Shown in pieces: positions 38,363 to 48,914 of a stretch of 64,000 bases of DNA. The notes below the pieces were generated by a model. The model was given only the letters and a program-made list of their open reading frames with translations. It ran no database searches and was not told the DNA's origin. The position numbers were made by a program, and so were the translations under genes. The number at the start of each line of letters is the position of its first letter. Within the stretch, counting starts at the first letter, position 1. Source of the stretch: an uncultured Gemmatimonadales bacterium (lineage in GTDB: Bacteria; Gemmatimonadota; Gemmatimonadetes; Longimicrobiales; Longimicrobiaceae); the NCBI GenBank assembly GCA_963716255.1, contig OY970303.1:4544001-4608000 (forward strand), given 5' to 3'.

Positions 38363-38531
38363 TCCGCTCCCGGCACCGGGACGGATCTCCGCCTGGCCGT
38401 GGAGGCGCAGCTTCCCCCGTGGGGCTCGGCACCTGGACCCCCGCCAGCCGTCGCACCCCGCAGTCCGGTGGGTCCTTCCCGGACGCTCCCGGCTGGATCC
38501 TCCCTGGTGGGCCGGTGGAGCCGCCTTCCGG

Positions 38532-39194
38532 CTAGTGCACGTGCTCCACGTCGATCACGGCGACCGACCGAATGTCCACCTGGGTGAACTCCTGGTCGCT
38601 TTCCTCGCGGTACTCCACGTGCGCCGGGGTGACCACCTGCGGAACGATCCCCGGGGGCGGAGTCGTGACGAGCTCCAGGATCAGGATGGCCGGATTGATG
38701 CCCTGCGGCACGGCGCGCTCCAGGGACAGCCGGTAGCCGGGGGTGGGCATGTCGCACGTGCCTTTCACGGTCAGCGGGAACGGTCCGGGCGGCATCAGGT
38801 CCTGCACCGCTTTCCACTCGCAGCGCAGCGGCTGCGCCGCGCTGCCGGCCTCGTCTCCGCGCCCGTCCCCACCTTCTCCCTCCCTGACAGAGATGATCTT
38901 GAGGGTGTGCGCTCCGGCCTGGTCGTGGAGCACCACCTCGTCCTCGTCGGACGGGTAGGGGAAGGCGAATGCGGCGGTGGTATGCTGCGGGGCCGGAGGA
39001 GCATCGGGGTTGATCCCGGTGTTTCCGGGGACGGCGAACACGTCGAACTGGGGAGGAAAGATCTTCAACGGGCTCTGCCTGACCACCAGCCTCCCCCCGA
39101 AGCCGGGAGTCAGTCCCTCGACGTACAGCACCAGCGGTTCACCATGGCGCAGGGCAACGCGGGCCGTGAGACGGGCCGGGGCGAGGTTTTCCAT
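38532..39194 (-). CDS. Hypothetical two-domain protein
   Basis: MENLAPARL...; GGAG RBS; PTPGY..L..AVPQGINP. Confidence 0.65.
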   Translation of the reverse strand: MENLAPARLTARVALRHGEPLVLYVEGLTPGFGGRLVVRQSPLKIFPPQFDVFAVPGNTGINPDAPPAPQHTTAAFAFPYPSDEDEVVLHDQAGAHTLKIISVREGEGGDGRGDEAGSAAQPLRCEWKAVQDLMPPGPFPLTVKGTCDMPTPGYRLSLERAVPQGINPAILILELVTTPPPGIVPQVVTPAHVEYREESDQEFTQVDIRSVAVIDVEHVH

Positions 39195-39423
39195 GTGCGT
39201 CTCCAGGCAAGGCGTGGGGGCTTCAAAGAAGTGGCACTGACGGCCCGGTAATACTAGAGACGCAAAACCCGCGCAGTCAATGTTGCCGTTGCGCGGGCCC
39301 CCACCGCGCGGGCCACGGTTTGCGCTCCGTCCGCGCCGCCGCCATCTTTTGCGGCGCGCGCGGGGAGTTCCCCCGCGCGCCTGACGACGCCCGTACGCCG
39401 ACCCTTCCCTGAGCCGAGGAACC

Positions 39424-40848
39424 ATGTCGGATCCCAACTCCGGTTTCCGCACCGAGCGCGACTCGCTCGGCGAGATGCAGGTCCCCGCCGACGCCCTGTA
39501 CGGCCCGCAGACCCAGCGCGCGGTGGAGAACTTTCCCATCAGCGGCATCCGCTTCCCGCGCCGCTTCATCCACGCCCTGGGCACCATCAAGAAGGCGTGC
39601 GCCCGCGCCAACCAGGAGATGGAGTGGCTGGAGGCGCCGGTCGCCGACGCCATCGCCCGCGCCGCCGACGAGGTGATCGCGGGGGAGCTGGACGGGTCCT
39701 TCGTGCTGGACGTCTTCCAGACCGGGAGCGGCACCTCCAGCAACATGAACACCAACGAGGTGATCGCCACCCGTGCCACCGCGCACCTGGGCACCGGGCG
39801 CGTGCACCCCAACGACCACGTCAACATGGGGCAGAGCTCCAACGACGTGATCCCCACGGCCATGCACGTGTCCGCCCGCGTCGCCATCCACCAGGACCTG
39901 ATCCCGGCGCTGGAGCGGCTGCGCGACGCCCTGTCCGCGAAGGCCGCCGAGTTCGACGACGTCATCAAGAGCGGCCGCACCCACCTGATGGACGCCACGC
40001 CCGTGCGGCTGGGGCAGGAGTTCGGCGGCTACGCCTCGCAGGTGGACCACGGCATCCGCCGCCTGCGCAACGCCTCCGAGGAGCTGGCGGAGCTGGCGCT
40101 GGGTGGCACGGCCGTGGGCACCGGCACCAACGCCCACCCCGAGTTCGCCGCGCGGGCCATCGCCGCCATCAGCCGCGACACCGGGCTGGAGTTCCGCGAG
40201 GCCGAGAACCACTTCGAGGCGCAGGGCGCAAAGGACGCGTACGTCAGCGCCTCCGGGGCGCTCAACACCCTGGCCGTGTCGCTCCTCAAGATCGCCAACG
40301 ACGTGCGCTGGCTGGCGAGCGGGCCCACCTCCGGCCTGGCCGAGATCACCCTCCCCGCCGTGCAGCCGGGCTCGTCCATCATGCCGGGGAAGGTGAACCC
40401 GGTGATGAGCGAGGCGCTGATGATGGTGTGCGCGCAGGTCATGGGGAACCACGTCACCGTCACCGTGGGTGGGCAGCACGGCAACTTCGAGCTCAACGTG
40501 ATGATGCCCGTGATGGCGAGCGCACTGCTCCAGTCCGTGGCCATCCTGTCCAGCGCCTGCGACGCCTTCCGCGGCAGGGCCGTGGAGGGGATCGGCGCCA
40601 ACCGCGAGCGCTGCCGCGACCTGCTGGAAAAGAACCCCTCCATCGCCACCGCGCTCAACGCCTACGTCGGCTACGACGAGGCCGCCGCCGTCGCCAAGGA
40701 GTCCGCAAAGAACTTCGAGTCCGTGCGCGACGTGGTGAAGCGGCGCGGCCTCCTTTCCGACGAGCAGCTGGACCAGGTGCTGAACGTGCGCGAGATGACC
40801 GAGCCGGGGATCCCCGGCGGCGGCGCGCCGGGCGGCGGGGCGGGCTGA
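39424..40848 (+). CDS. fumC: Class II fumarate hydratase
   Basis: QTGSGTSSNMN, GRTHLMDATP, GSSIMPGKVNP. Confidence 0.95.
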   Translation: MSDPNSGFRTERDSLGEMQVPADALYGPQTQRAVENFPISGIRFPRRFIHALGTIKKACARANQEMEWLEAPVADAIARAADEVIAGELDGSFVLDVFQTGSGTSSNMNTNEVIATRATAHLGTGRVHPNDHVNMGQSSNDVIPTAMHVSARVAIHQDLIPALERLRDALSAKAAEFDDVIKSGRTHLMDATPVRLGQEFGGYASQVDHGIRRLRNASEELAELALGGTAVGTGTNAHPEFAARAIAAISRDTGLEFREAENHFEAQGAKDAYVSASGALNTLAVSLLKIANDVRWLASGPTSGLAEITLPAVQPGSSIMPGKVNPVMSEALMMVCAQVMGNHVTVTVGGQHGNFELNVMMPVMASALLQSVAILSSACDAFRGRAVEGIGANRERCRDLLEKNPSIATALNAYVGYDEAAAVAKESAKNFESVRDVVKRRGLLSDEQLDQVLNVREMTEPGIPGGGAPGGGAG

Positions 40849-40851
40849 GCC

Positions 40852-41691
40852 GTGCACGTCCTCCCCTGCGGGCACGCCGTCCGCGACCCGGAGCAGACGC
40901 ACTACTGCACCTACCTGCACCTGGACGAGCTGCTCCGCCTCCAGCCGGAGGCCGGCCAGCTCCGCCACCCCGACGAGCACCTGTTCGTGGTGACGCACCA
41001 GGGCTTCGAAGTGTGGTTCACGCAGCTGCGCTTCGACCTGCGGCGCATCATCGACGCCCTGCAGCGCGACGACGCGGGGCTCGCCACCTGGCTCGCGCAG
41101 CGCTGCACCGCCATCGCGCGTCTCCTGTCGCCCATGATGCGGGTGCTGGAGACCATGACGCCGTCGGACTTCTACGCCTTCCGGGCCCACCTCGCCCCCG
41201 CCAGCGGCACCGAGAGCTGGCAGTGGCACGAGATCGAGATCCTGGCCGGGGCGCGCGAGGAGCGCTTCCGGAAGTACCTGGAGAGCGAGCTGTCCGAGGT
41301 GGCCGGGAGCGGGACGCAGGCGTTCCTGTGGACCGAGCGGCTGGCCGCGCTGTGGGACGCGCCCTCGGTGGCCTCCGCCTGCCGCGAGCTGTTCGCGCGG
41401 CGCGGGGTGGAGCCGGCGGACGCCTACCAGGTGGCGCCGGCCGGCAACCCGCACGCCGACCTTGTGCTGCTCGCCGAGGCGCTCATGGACTTCGACGAGG
41501 AGGTCAAGGTGTGGCGCTTCGTCCACGCCCGCACCGCCGAGCGCACCATCGGGCCGGACAACGCCGGGACCGGGCACACGACCGGGGTGCGGTACCTGGA
41601 CATGGCGGCGATGCACCGGGAGCTTTTTTTCCCGTTCCTGTGGGAGGCCCGCGGGGTCCTTTGGGAGCGGGCTCTGAGGGCTAGCTCTTAG
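40852..41691 (+). CDS. Tryptophan 2,3-dioxygenase family protein
   Basis: YLHLDELLRLQ, DEHLFVVTHQ, WRFVH..TAERTIG, GTG. Confidence 0.82.
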   Translation: MHVLPCGHAVRDPEQTHYCTYLHLDELLRLQPEAGQLRHPDEHLFVVTHQGFEVWFTQLRFDLRRIIDALQRDDAGLATWLAQRCTAIARLLSPMMRVLETMTPSDFYAFRAHLAPASGTESWQWHEIEILAGAREERFRKYLESELSEVAGSGTQAFLWTERLAALWDAPSVASACRELFARRGVEPADAYQVAPAGNPHADLVLLAEALMDFDEEVKVWRFVHARTAERTIGPDNAGTGHTTGVRYLDMAAMHRELFFPFLWEARGVLWERALRASS

Positions 41692-41707
41692 AAATAACGG
41701 TGGGGTT

Positions 41708-41837
41708 GGGCGTGCCCCCCGCGGGGCGCGGGGGTCGGGCTTCGGCTCCGTAAGCCCGCAAACAACGCGGGCTAACGGAGTCGAGCCCCGCGAAACTGCC
41801 CGCGGGTCTCGCCCCTTCGGGCCGGAATCCCTCACGC
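41708..41837 (-). repeat. Repeat family A copy 10
   Basis: Reverse complement match with a variant terminal hairpin. Confidence 0.9.
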
Positions 41838-41929
41838 GGCATCTCGCTGCGTCCGCCGGTTCGGCGACAGGGGCCCCGCCGTGTTCGGCGGGGTTTCTTC
41901 GCATCCCTTCTTCACCTCCACGCTTCCTC

Positions 41930-42340
41930 ATGCCGGCCGTACGTCCGCGCTCGCGCGCGCTCTACCTCGCGCTCGCCCTCGCCGTGGTCGCGCTGGGGCT
42001 GGCGTCGCGGCGGTACCGGCCGGCGCTGCCCCCGTTCGTCGGCGCGTACGCGGGGGACACGCTGTGGGCGGCCATGGTGTACCTGCTCGCCTGCGCGTGC
42101 CGGCCCCGGGCGCGCGTCGCCACGCTTGCGGCGGGGGCGCTGCTGTTCGCCTTCGGCATCGAGGGCGCGCAGCTGTACCACGCCCCGTGGATCGACGCGG
42201 TCCGCGCGACCCGCGCGGGCGCGCTGGTGCTCGGCCACGACTTCGTGTGGAGCGACCTGCTCTGCTATGCGGCGGGGGTGCTCCTCGCCGCCGCCGCCGA
42301 CCTGCGGCTCCGGGCCCGGCGGGCGGGGGCGCCGGCCTGA
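41930..42340 (+). CDS. DUF2809 membrane protein
   Basis: YAGDTLWA, IEGAQLY, LVLG..F.WSDL. Confidence 0.85.
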   Translation: MPAVRPRSRALYLALALAVVALGLASRRYRPALPPFVGAYAGDTLWAAMVYLLACACRPRARVATLAAGALLFAFGIEGAQLYHAPWIDAVRATRAGALVLGHDFVWSDLLCYAAGVLLAAAADLRLRARRAGAPA

Positions 42341-42415
42341 CGCTGCGTCACGGCGCCCCGTGGCGGGGCGGCCGGGAGCCGGGCGAGTGCGCCCGGTCCC
42401 CGGCTCCAGGGGTCG

Positions 42416-42625
42416 TCAGAACAGGCAGAGGCACTGCCCGTTGTTGCAGCGGCCCTCGATCCCGCCCTGGGCCTGGCACTGCTTGTTGCACGCCTTGGGA
42501 TTGCAGGCGCGTGCCGCCTCGTGGCCGGCGGGGGCGGCGAACGCCTGCGCGGCGCCGAACCCCAGTGAAGCCGTGAGCGCCAGCGCGGCCAGCGCGTTCC
42601 GAGCCTGCTTCAGCGTTCCTTTCAT
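42416..42625 (-). CDS. Secreted six-Cys defensin-like (CSalphabeta) peptide
   Basis: GGAGG RBS; signal peptide ending AFA; C-x4-C-x3-C-x9-C-x4-C-x-C with GxC. Confidence 0.75.
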   Translation of the reverse strand: MKGTLKQARNALAALALTASLGFGAAQAFAAPAGHEAARACNPKACNKQCQAQGGIEGRCNNGQCLCLF

Positions 42626-42815
42626 CCGGACCTCCGTGTTTGGGTGTCCCGCCGCGCATGCGGCGTGGCGCAACACGCCCGCACGTCCCGTTCCCGATGC
42701 GAGTCCGCTAGTATGCGATGCCGCGCCGGAGAAGGCCACATCTACGGAACGAGTCCCGTAGCGGGTCGCGCCCGGTTAGATTCTCCACATCGGAGACCAC
42801 GCTCCACCCGCGCTC

Positions 42816-43571
42816 ATGTCCCGTCTCCCGCTTCGCATCGCCGCCGCGCTGCTCCTGGGGGCGCTCGCCGCCTGTACGCACAACCTGCGGCAGGTGCAGG
42901 ACCCGCCGCGCTCGGCGGCGGTGGCGACGGCGTACCCGTGGAACAGCATGGTCTACCTGGCGCGCACCGACAGCGGGGTGGTGGTGATCGACCTGGGGTG
43001 GTACGGGGCGGAGCGGGCGCTGCGACGCGGGCTGCGGCGCCTCGGTGCCGCCCCGGAGGAGGTGGCCGGAGTCTTCCTCACCCACAGCCACCGCGACCAC
43101 ATCGGCGGGTGGCGGGCGGTGCGCCACGCGCCCTTCCACGTGGCCGCCGCCGAGGTGGCGCTGCTGGAGGGCGGCGCGCACCACCCCGACCTTCCCTCGC
43201 GTGCCGGCGAGCGGCTGGCCGGCAACCCCGCGCCCTGGCACGGCGAGGTGGAGGTGCGCCCCTTCGCCTCGGACACCGCCTTCGTCTTCGGGCGCGACAC
43301 CGTGCGCGCCTTCCCCGTCCCCGGCCACACCGCCGGGAGCGCCGCCTACCTCGTCCGCGGTGTCCTCTTCGTCGGCGACGCGGTGGCCTACTCATACCTG
43401 GGCGGCTTCCGCCCCGCCTTCGGCATCTTCACCGATGACCCCGAGCGCGGCCGCGCCAGCATGGCCGCCCTGTGGGAGCGCGTGCGCCCCTACGCCCCGC
43501 GCTGGGTGTGCACCGCGCACGCCAAGTGCGCCCCCGCCGACTCCGCCTTCGCCCGCAAGGTGATCCGGTAG
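42816..43571 (+). CDS. MBL-fold hydrolase lipoprotein
   Basis: THSHRDH, PGHT, GDA; lipobox LAAC. Confidence 0.85.
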   Translation: MSRLPLRIAAALLLGALAACTHNLRQVQDPPRSAAVATAYPWNSMVYLARTDSGVVVIDLGWYGAERALRRGLRRLGAAPEEVAGVFLTHSHRDHIGGWRAVRHAPFHVAAAEVALLEGGAHHPDLPSRAGERLAGNPAPWHGEVEVRPFASDTAFVFGRDTVRAFPVPGHTAGSAAYLVRGVLFVGDAVAYSYLGGFRPAFGIFTDDPERGRASMAALWERVRPYAPRWVCTAHAKCAPADSAFARKVIR

Positions 43572-43618
43572 GTACGAAACGGCGCCGCCACCGGGATCCT
43601 CCGGTGGCGGCGCCGTTC

Positions 43619-43747
43619 GCGTGAGGGATTACGGCCCGGAGGGGCGAGACCGCGCGGCTGTTTGCGCGGGCTCGACTCCGTTAAGCACGGTTGTATCGTG
43701 CTTTACGGAGCCGAAGCCCGACCCCGGCGCCAGCCGGGGGCACGCCC
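43619..43747 (+). repeat. Repeat family A copy 11
   Basis: Direct match, abutting the family D hairpin at 43578-43617. Confidence 0.92.
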
Positions 43748-43758
43748 CACCCCGCAGT

Positions 43759-44280
43759 TCAAAGCCGTTCCCGCACGTAGATCTTCTTTTCCAGCACCAC
43801 CCGCTCGTCGGCCTGGAAGTTCCCCCCCACCACCCGCCGCCCCTGCACGCGCAGCACGGCCTCACCCGGCTGCGGAAAGGTCACGGCCACGGTGCGCGGA
43901 AGCTCCACCAGCGCGTCGCCGCACGCCGTCCAGTGGTCCTCGGGCGTGTAGTCGAAGGGCGTGATCAGCGCGATCCCGGGCTGCTGCATGTCCACCTGCG
44001 CCCCGGAGGCCGCCCAGCAGACGGTGGGGCCCACGGTGGTGACCACGACCGGAAAGGGAATCCCCGCCTGCACGGTGTCCGGCGCGGCGACGCCCGGCCG
44101 GGGGGCGCCCGGCGAGCCGGTCTGGGGGGACGTGGCACCTCCGTACACCGGGGCCGCCACCCAGGCCAGGATCCCCACGGCGTGCACGCCGCCGTCCGGA
44201 GCGGCCGTGACCGCGGCGCCGTCGCAGGCGGCCACCAGCGCGGCGGCCAGTGCCAGGGTGCAACGAGTCGGGAAATGCAT
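43759..44280 (-). CDS. Hypothetical lipoprotein
   Basis: Lipobox VAAC. Confidence 0.7.
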   Translation of the reverse strand: MHFPTRCTLALAAALVAACDGAAVTAAPDGGVHAVGILAWVAAPVYGGATSPQTGSPGAPRPGVAAPDTVQAGIPFPVVVTTVGPTVCWAASGAQVDMQQPGIALITPFDYTPEDHWTACGDALVELPRTVAVTFPQPGEAVLRVQGRRVVGGNFQADERVVLEKKIYVRERL

Positions 44281-44441
44281 GGAAGTCTCCGTGTCCGCCT
44301 CCGGAGGGACGGCTCGCGTCGCGCGGGCGCTCGCCTCCGGCGGGGTGGTTCGGTTCGGCTGGCTGGTACGCGGTTGACGAGCGGGCCGGCGGAAGGGTCA
44401 CACCGGGCCGGGGGCGCGCGGGCCCCCGGCCCTCCCGCCGG

Positions 44442-45989
44442 TCAGAATCCCCAGCCGCCGCCCCCGCTGCCGTCGCAGATGTTGCTCCCCACGCAGCCGT
44501 CCGCGGGCGAGTTCGTGAAGAAGCGCGAGGTGTTGCGCATCTCCCCGTTGGAGTACACCGCCACCTGCAGGGTGAAGTCCCCGTCGCCCGCGGTGACGTG
44601 CACCGTCTGGGTGCCGCCGGTCCCCAGCAGCTGCTCGTAGCCGGTGGCGTGATTGTACAGCGACCACTGGTAGGTGTAGGTGCCGTTTCCGCCCTCGGGG
44701 ACCGCGTTCCAGGTGTAGTAGCCCGTGCCGGAAACGCCCACGGGTCCGGAGATGGACACCCCGAAGTACCAGGGGCGCGCGTAGGCCAGCCGGTTCGGCG
44801 ACCCGTGCGTGTCGCCGATCCTCCCCTGGGTGGAGGAGTTGAGCACCGCGTCGCGGATCTTCCAGACGGGCGCCTGGGGCTCCGCCTGGAGGTAGAGCGC
44901 CACCACTCCGGCCACAAGCGGCGAGGCCATGGAAGTCCCGGAGATGGTGCGGCTGTCTGTGTCGCTCCCGGCCCACGCGGAGGTGATCCCCGTCCCCGGG
45001 GAGAACACGTGCACGCAGCTGCCCCAGTTGGAGTCGGGGGCACGCCAGTCGTTGCTGTCGGAGCTCCCCACGGTGATCACGCTGGCGACCCGCTTGGGCG
45101 AGTAGTTGCAGGCGTCCGCGTTGCTGTTGCCCGCCGAGGTGACCACCGGCACGCCGGCGTTGATCAGGCTGGTGACCGCCGCGTCGATGTCGGAGCGGGC
45201 GGACCAGGTGTAGCTCAGGTTGACCACCGCCGGCTTGACGTGGTTGGCGCGCACCCAGTCCAGCCCGGCCAGCGCTCCGCTCACCGTCGCGGCGCCGTTG
45301 CAGTTGGCGATGCGGATGGCGTGCACCACGGCGTCGCGCGCGACCCCGTAGGTGGCGCCGGCCGTGGTCGCCGCCACGTGCGTGCCGTGTCCGCTGCAGT
45401 CGTCCGCGCCGCGGCCGTCGTTGATCGCCGTGTAGTCGTGGCGCGCACGGGCGCCGTAGCCGAACTCGGCGTGGGTGCGGCGGATGCCGCTGTCCACAAC
45501 GTAGATGTTCACCCCGGCGCCGGTGGCGTTGGGGGTGAAGGCGCCGTTCAGCGGCAGGTCGCGCTGGTCGGCGCGGTCCAGGCTCCAGGGCGACGCGGAC
45601 TGGTCCGCCACCCCGACCTCGTCCTGGACGATCTGCTTCACCAGGGGGTGCTTGCGGAGCGCTTCCACGGCGGCGGGGGCGAGCTGCACCGCGAAGCCCT
45701 TGAGGGCGTGCTCGTAGACGAAGAGCAGGGAGTCGCCCTTGCCGCGCGACATGGAGCGGGCGAAGCCGCGCACGTCTGCGGCCTCCGGCTTCAGGATCAC
45801 CACGTACTGGTCGGGGATGCGCTTCGCCGGTGTGGCGGTGTCCGCACGGGCGAGCAGCGGGGCGTCGCCGGCGCCGGTGAGCGGGGCCGCGCCCCGGTCG
45901 GTGCAGGCCGCGCCCAGCAGGGCGACGGCGAGCAAAAGCCAGCGAGGACCTCCGTGCCGCGTCTTCGGGAGGGACATGGAAGGCTCCAT
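44442..45989 (-). CDS. S8 subtilisin-like serine protease (aqualysin/proteinase K type) with I9 propeptide
   Basis: VVDSG, HGTHVA, GTSMASP; lipobox GAAC; start 45989 or 45977. Confidence 0.92.
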   Translation of the reverse strand: MEPSMSLPKTRHGGPRWLLLAVALLGAACTDRGAAPLTGAGDAPLLARADTATPAKRIPDQYVVILKPEAADVRGFARSMSRGKGDSLLFVYEHALKGFAVQLAPAAVEALRKHPLVKQIVQDEVGVADQSASPWSLDRADQRDLPLNGAFTPNATGAGVNIYVVDSGIRRTHAEFGYGARARHDYTAINDGRGADDCSGHGTHVAATTAGATYGVARDAVVHAIRIANCNGAATVSGALAGLDWVRANHVKPAVVNLSYTWSARSDIDAAVTSLINAGVPVVTSAGNSNADACNYSPKRVASVITVGSSDSNDWRAPDSNWGSCVHVFSPGTGITSAWAGSDTDSRTISGTSMASPLVAGVVALYLQAEPQAPVWKIRDAVLNSSTQGRIGDTHGSPNRLAYARPWYFGVSISGPVGVSGTGYYTWNAVPEGGNGTYTYQWSLYNHATGYEQLLGTGGTQTVHVTAGDGDFTLQVAVYSNGEMRNTSRFFTNSPADGCVGSNICDGSGGGGWGF

Positions 45990-46299
45990 GGTTCGGGTGT
46001 GCCCGGCGATGCGGGCGCGGCTTTCCTGCCGGCGCCGTGGCGGCGTCCGGCGAAAGCGGTCAAAGGGGTGCATGTCTTCGCTCCGGCCCCGGGGATGCGG
46101 GGCGGGGGGCGGCGCGCTCCTCCCGGTGGCGATGCGGGCGGGGAGGGCCCCCGTTCGTCCACCACGCGTCCGTCCTCCGCCCCTCAGGACGAGCGCTGTC
46201 CCCCTCGCGTCACGGCCCCTGATGACCGGCTCGGAGTGGCGCGAATGGGACCGTCTCGTCACGCCAACAACATGCACTGCTCGGATGAACGGCAGGGGT

Positions 46300-46428
46300 G
46301 GGCGTGCCCCCGGCTGGCGCCGGGGTCGGGCTTCGGCTCCGTAACGCACGAAACAACCGTGCGTAACGGAGTCGAGCCCCCGCAAACGGCCGCGGGGTCT
46401 CGCCCCTTCGGGCCGAAATCCCTCACGC
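46300..46428 (-). repeat. Repeat family A copy 12
   Basis: Reverse complement match to family A. Confidence 0.92.
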
Positions 46429-46634
46429 GGGCTCCGGGGCATTGCCGCGGCTGATTTCCATTTCCCGGCCTTTGCCGCGGGACAGGGAGGCGGCGGTGAA
46501 CCGCGCCAGCCCATTCCCGCCCGTCTCCGGTGAACGTCCACCGCGAGCTGCTTCGCGCGGCGACAAAAAGCCCCTCCCCCAGTTTTGGGGGAGGGGTTGG
46601 GGAGGGGGCCCCCGCGGACGCCAGCGCGATCCCC

Positions 46635-46762
46635 GCGTGAGGGATGCGAGCGCGAAGCGGCGAGACCCGACGGCAGTATCGTCGGGGCTCGCCTCCGTTA
46701 GGCAGCGTCGTTTGCTGCCTTACGGAGCCGCAGCCCGACCCCGCGTCAGCGGGGGCACGCCC
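46635..46762 (+). repeat. Repeat family A copy 13 (divergent, compensatory variant)
   Basis: CGC-GAA-GCG replaces CCC-GAA-GGG; TGCG/CGCA replaces TTCG/CGAA. Confidence 0.88.
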
Positions 46763-46777
46763 AACCCGCCGTGTACG

Positions 46778-48649
46778 TCACGTGCGGAAACCACTCACCA
46801 GCTCGCGCATCCGCTCGGCCGCGTGCAGCAGCTCCGCGCTGGAGGCCGACATCTCCTCCGTGGCGGCGGACTGCTCCTCGGCGGCGGCGGACACCTCCTG
46901 GGCGCTGGCGGCGTGCGACTCGGAGGTGCCGGACACCTCCGTCATCCCGCCCTCCACGTCGCGCATGGCGTCCTGGTTGCGGGTGACGGCGTCCACCACA
47001 CGGTCGGCGGCGAGGCGCACCCCGTCCACCGCGGCGATGATCTGCTCCAGCGCCGCGTCCGCGCCCTTGGACACCTGCTCCACGCCGGCGACCTTGTCGG
47101 TCCCCTGCTGCATGGTGGTCACCACCCCCTCGATGCGGGAGCGGATCCCGCTGACGTTCTGGGCCACCTCCTGCGCGGCGCGCGCCGAGCCCTCGGCCAG
47201 CTTGCGGACCTCCTCGGCCACGACCGCGAAGCCGCGGCCGTGCTCGCCGGCGCGAGCCGCTTCGATGGCGGCGTTCAGCGCCAGCAGGTTGGTCTGCCGG
47301 GCGATGCCGGTGATGGTTTCCACGAAGCGGTCGATCTGGATGGACGACTGCTTGAGCTCGGCCACCTGCTGCGCCGACTCGTGCACCACCTCGCGCACCT
47401 CCAGCAGGAGCTGCAGCGCGGTCCCCACCTGCGCGCGGCTCCCGCCGGCCACGGTGGAGATCTGCTCGCCCAGCGCGGTCACGCTCTGCGAGGCCGAGGC
47501 GATCTCCTGGGTGCGGCGGCGCATCTGCTCCAGCGCCTCCATGGTGGTCTGCAGGCCGCGCGTCTGGCTCTCGGCGCCGCTGGCGATCCCCACCATCGCG
47601 GTGGCGACCTCGCTGCTGGAAGCGGCCACCTCCTCGCTGATGCTGGACAGGTCCGAGGCGAAGGCCGAGATCTGCGACGAGGTGGTCACCGTTTCCGAGA
47701 CGATGTTGCGGAGCTGCGCCGCCATGCCGTTGAAGGCGTCCGACAGCGAGGCGAACTCCGTGGTCATGCGCCCGTCCAGGTGGATGCGCAGGTCGCCCTC
47801 GCCCAGCTGCTCCGCCGCGCCCATCAGGTTCTGCAGCGGGGTGTTGATGTCGCGCAGCGCCGTGAGGATCAGCCCGATGGCCGCGAGCACCGCGACCACC
47901 GAGATGAAGACGAGCAGGCGCTTGCGGTCGCGCGCGGTGCGCGCCAGCTCGACCGACGCCGCGGACACCTTTTCCGCCTGCGCCGCGCTCACCTTGCCGA
48001 TCTCGGACTGCAGCGTGTCGGTGAGGGGGCGCACGGCCGCCACCCGCGCCACCGCGCGCTCGCCCTCGCCGTTGTCGGCGAGGGCGTGGGCGAGGGCGTA
48101 CTGCACCTCGATCCTGGAGTGCAGGCCCTCGATCCGCTCGATCTCCTGCCGCTCGGCGGAGGACAGGTTCTCCAGCTCGCGGTAGGCCGTCTGCTGCTCG
48201 TGCGCCCTGAGGCCCACGGCGGCGAAGGTGCGGGCGATGCCGGCGTCGCGGCTCACCAGGTAGCGCTCCCCGGCGGCGATCTGGCTGAGGATCTGCGATT
48301 CCAGCGAGCCGCCGATGGCGGTGGTGCTCCGCAGCGACTCCAGCCGGGTGTCCATGGCCCGGGTCAGGCCGTCCAACGTGTACACGCTGACCACCGCGCC
48401 GGCCGCGATGAGGAAGACCAGGAGCAAGCTCCCGGCGTACAGCCGCCCGCGTAGCGTGGAAAGCATTGAGCCGCCGCGGCGGACCGGGGGAGCGTTCATC
48501 GGTTCGTCGGCAGGGTCGGGGGCGGGCGCCACGGTCTCGCCGCTGCGGAAGACTTCGCGCGGGAGCCGGATCGCCGGGCGGGTGGACACGCGAGACGCGT
48601 CGGCAGGGCCGTGCTCCGGGTCGAGGTCCGGGTTCGACGGTGTGCTCAT
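46778..48649 (-). CDS. Methyl-accepting chemotaxis protein
   Basis: 2 [43 protein letters not shown]. Confidence 0.95.
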   Translation of the reverse strand: MSTPSNPDLDPEHGPADASRVSTRPAIRLPREVFRSGETVAPAPDPADEPMNAPPVRRGGSMLSTLRGRLYAGSLLLVFLIAAGAVVSVYTLDGLTRAMDTRLESLRSTTAIGGSLESQILSQIAAGERYLVSRDAGIARTFAAVGLRAHEQQTAYRELENLSSAERQEIERIEGLHSRIEVQYALAHALADNGEGERAVARVAAVRPLTDTLQSEIGKVSAAQAEKVSAASVELARTARDRKRLLVFISVVAVLAAIGLILTALRDINTPLQNLMGAAEQLGEGDLRIHLDGRMTTEFASLSDAFNGMAAQLRNIVSETVTTSSQISAFASDLSSISEEVAASSSEVATAMVGIASGAESQTRGLQTTMEALEQMRRRTQEIASASQSVTALGEQISTVAGGSRAQVGTALQLLLEVREVVHESAQQVAELKQSSIQIDRFVETITGIARQTNLLALNAAIEAARAGEHGRGFAVVAEEVRKLAEGSARAAQEVAQNVSGIRSRIEGVVTTMQQGTDKVAGVEQVSKGADAALEQIIAAVDGVRLAADRVVDAVTRNQDAMRDVEGGMTEVSGTSESHAASAQEVSAAAEEQSAATEEMSASSAELLHAAERMRELVSGFRT

Positions 48650-48914
48650 GGACGGGTGCTCGGGAGCGCGGGAGGTACCACCCCGGCGCGCGGGGTGCGA
48701 AGGTCGGCATGCGGGGCGCGGAACGGCCCGCGGCCGCAGATGCGGGCGAACGCCATGTAGCCGGGAAACGAGCGGACGGGCGGTCTATGTAGGGAGAAGG
48801 CAAGGTACCTGCGGAGCGGGGGGATTGTCAACCTCGCGGCGTTGCCGGCTCCGGGGCGAGGGGCTAGTTTTCGGCGCACAGAATGAGTCAGCTTTGCGCG
48901 GGGAGTGAACGGAA

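Noticed and set aside
42816..43571. Metallo-beta-lactamase resistance gene
   Set aside because: Generic HxHxDH MBL fold; no subclass-specific evidence
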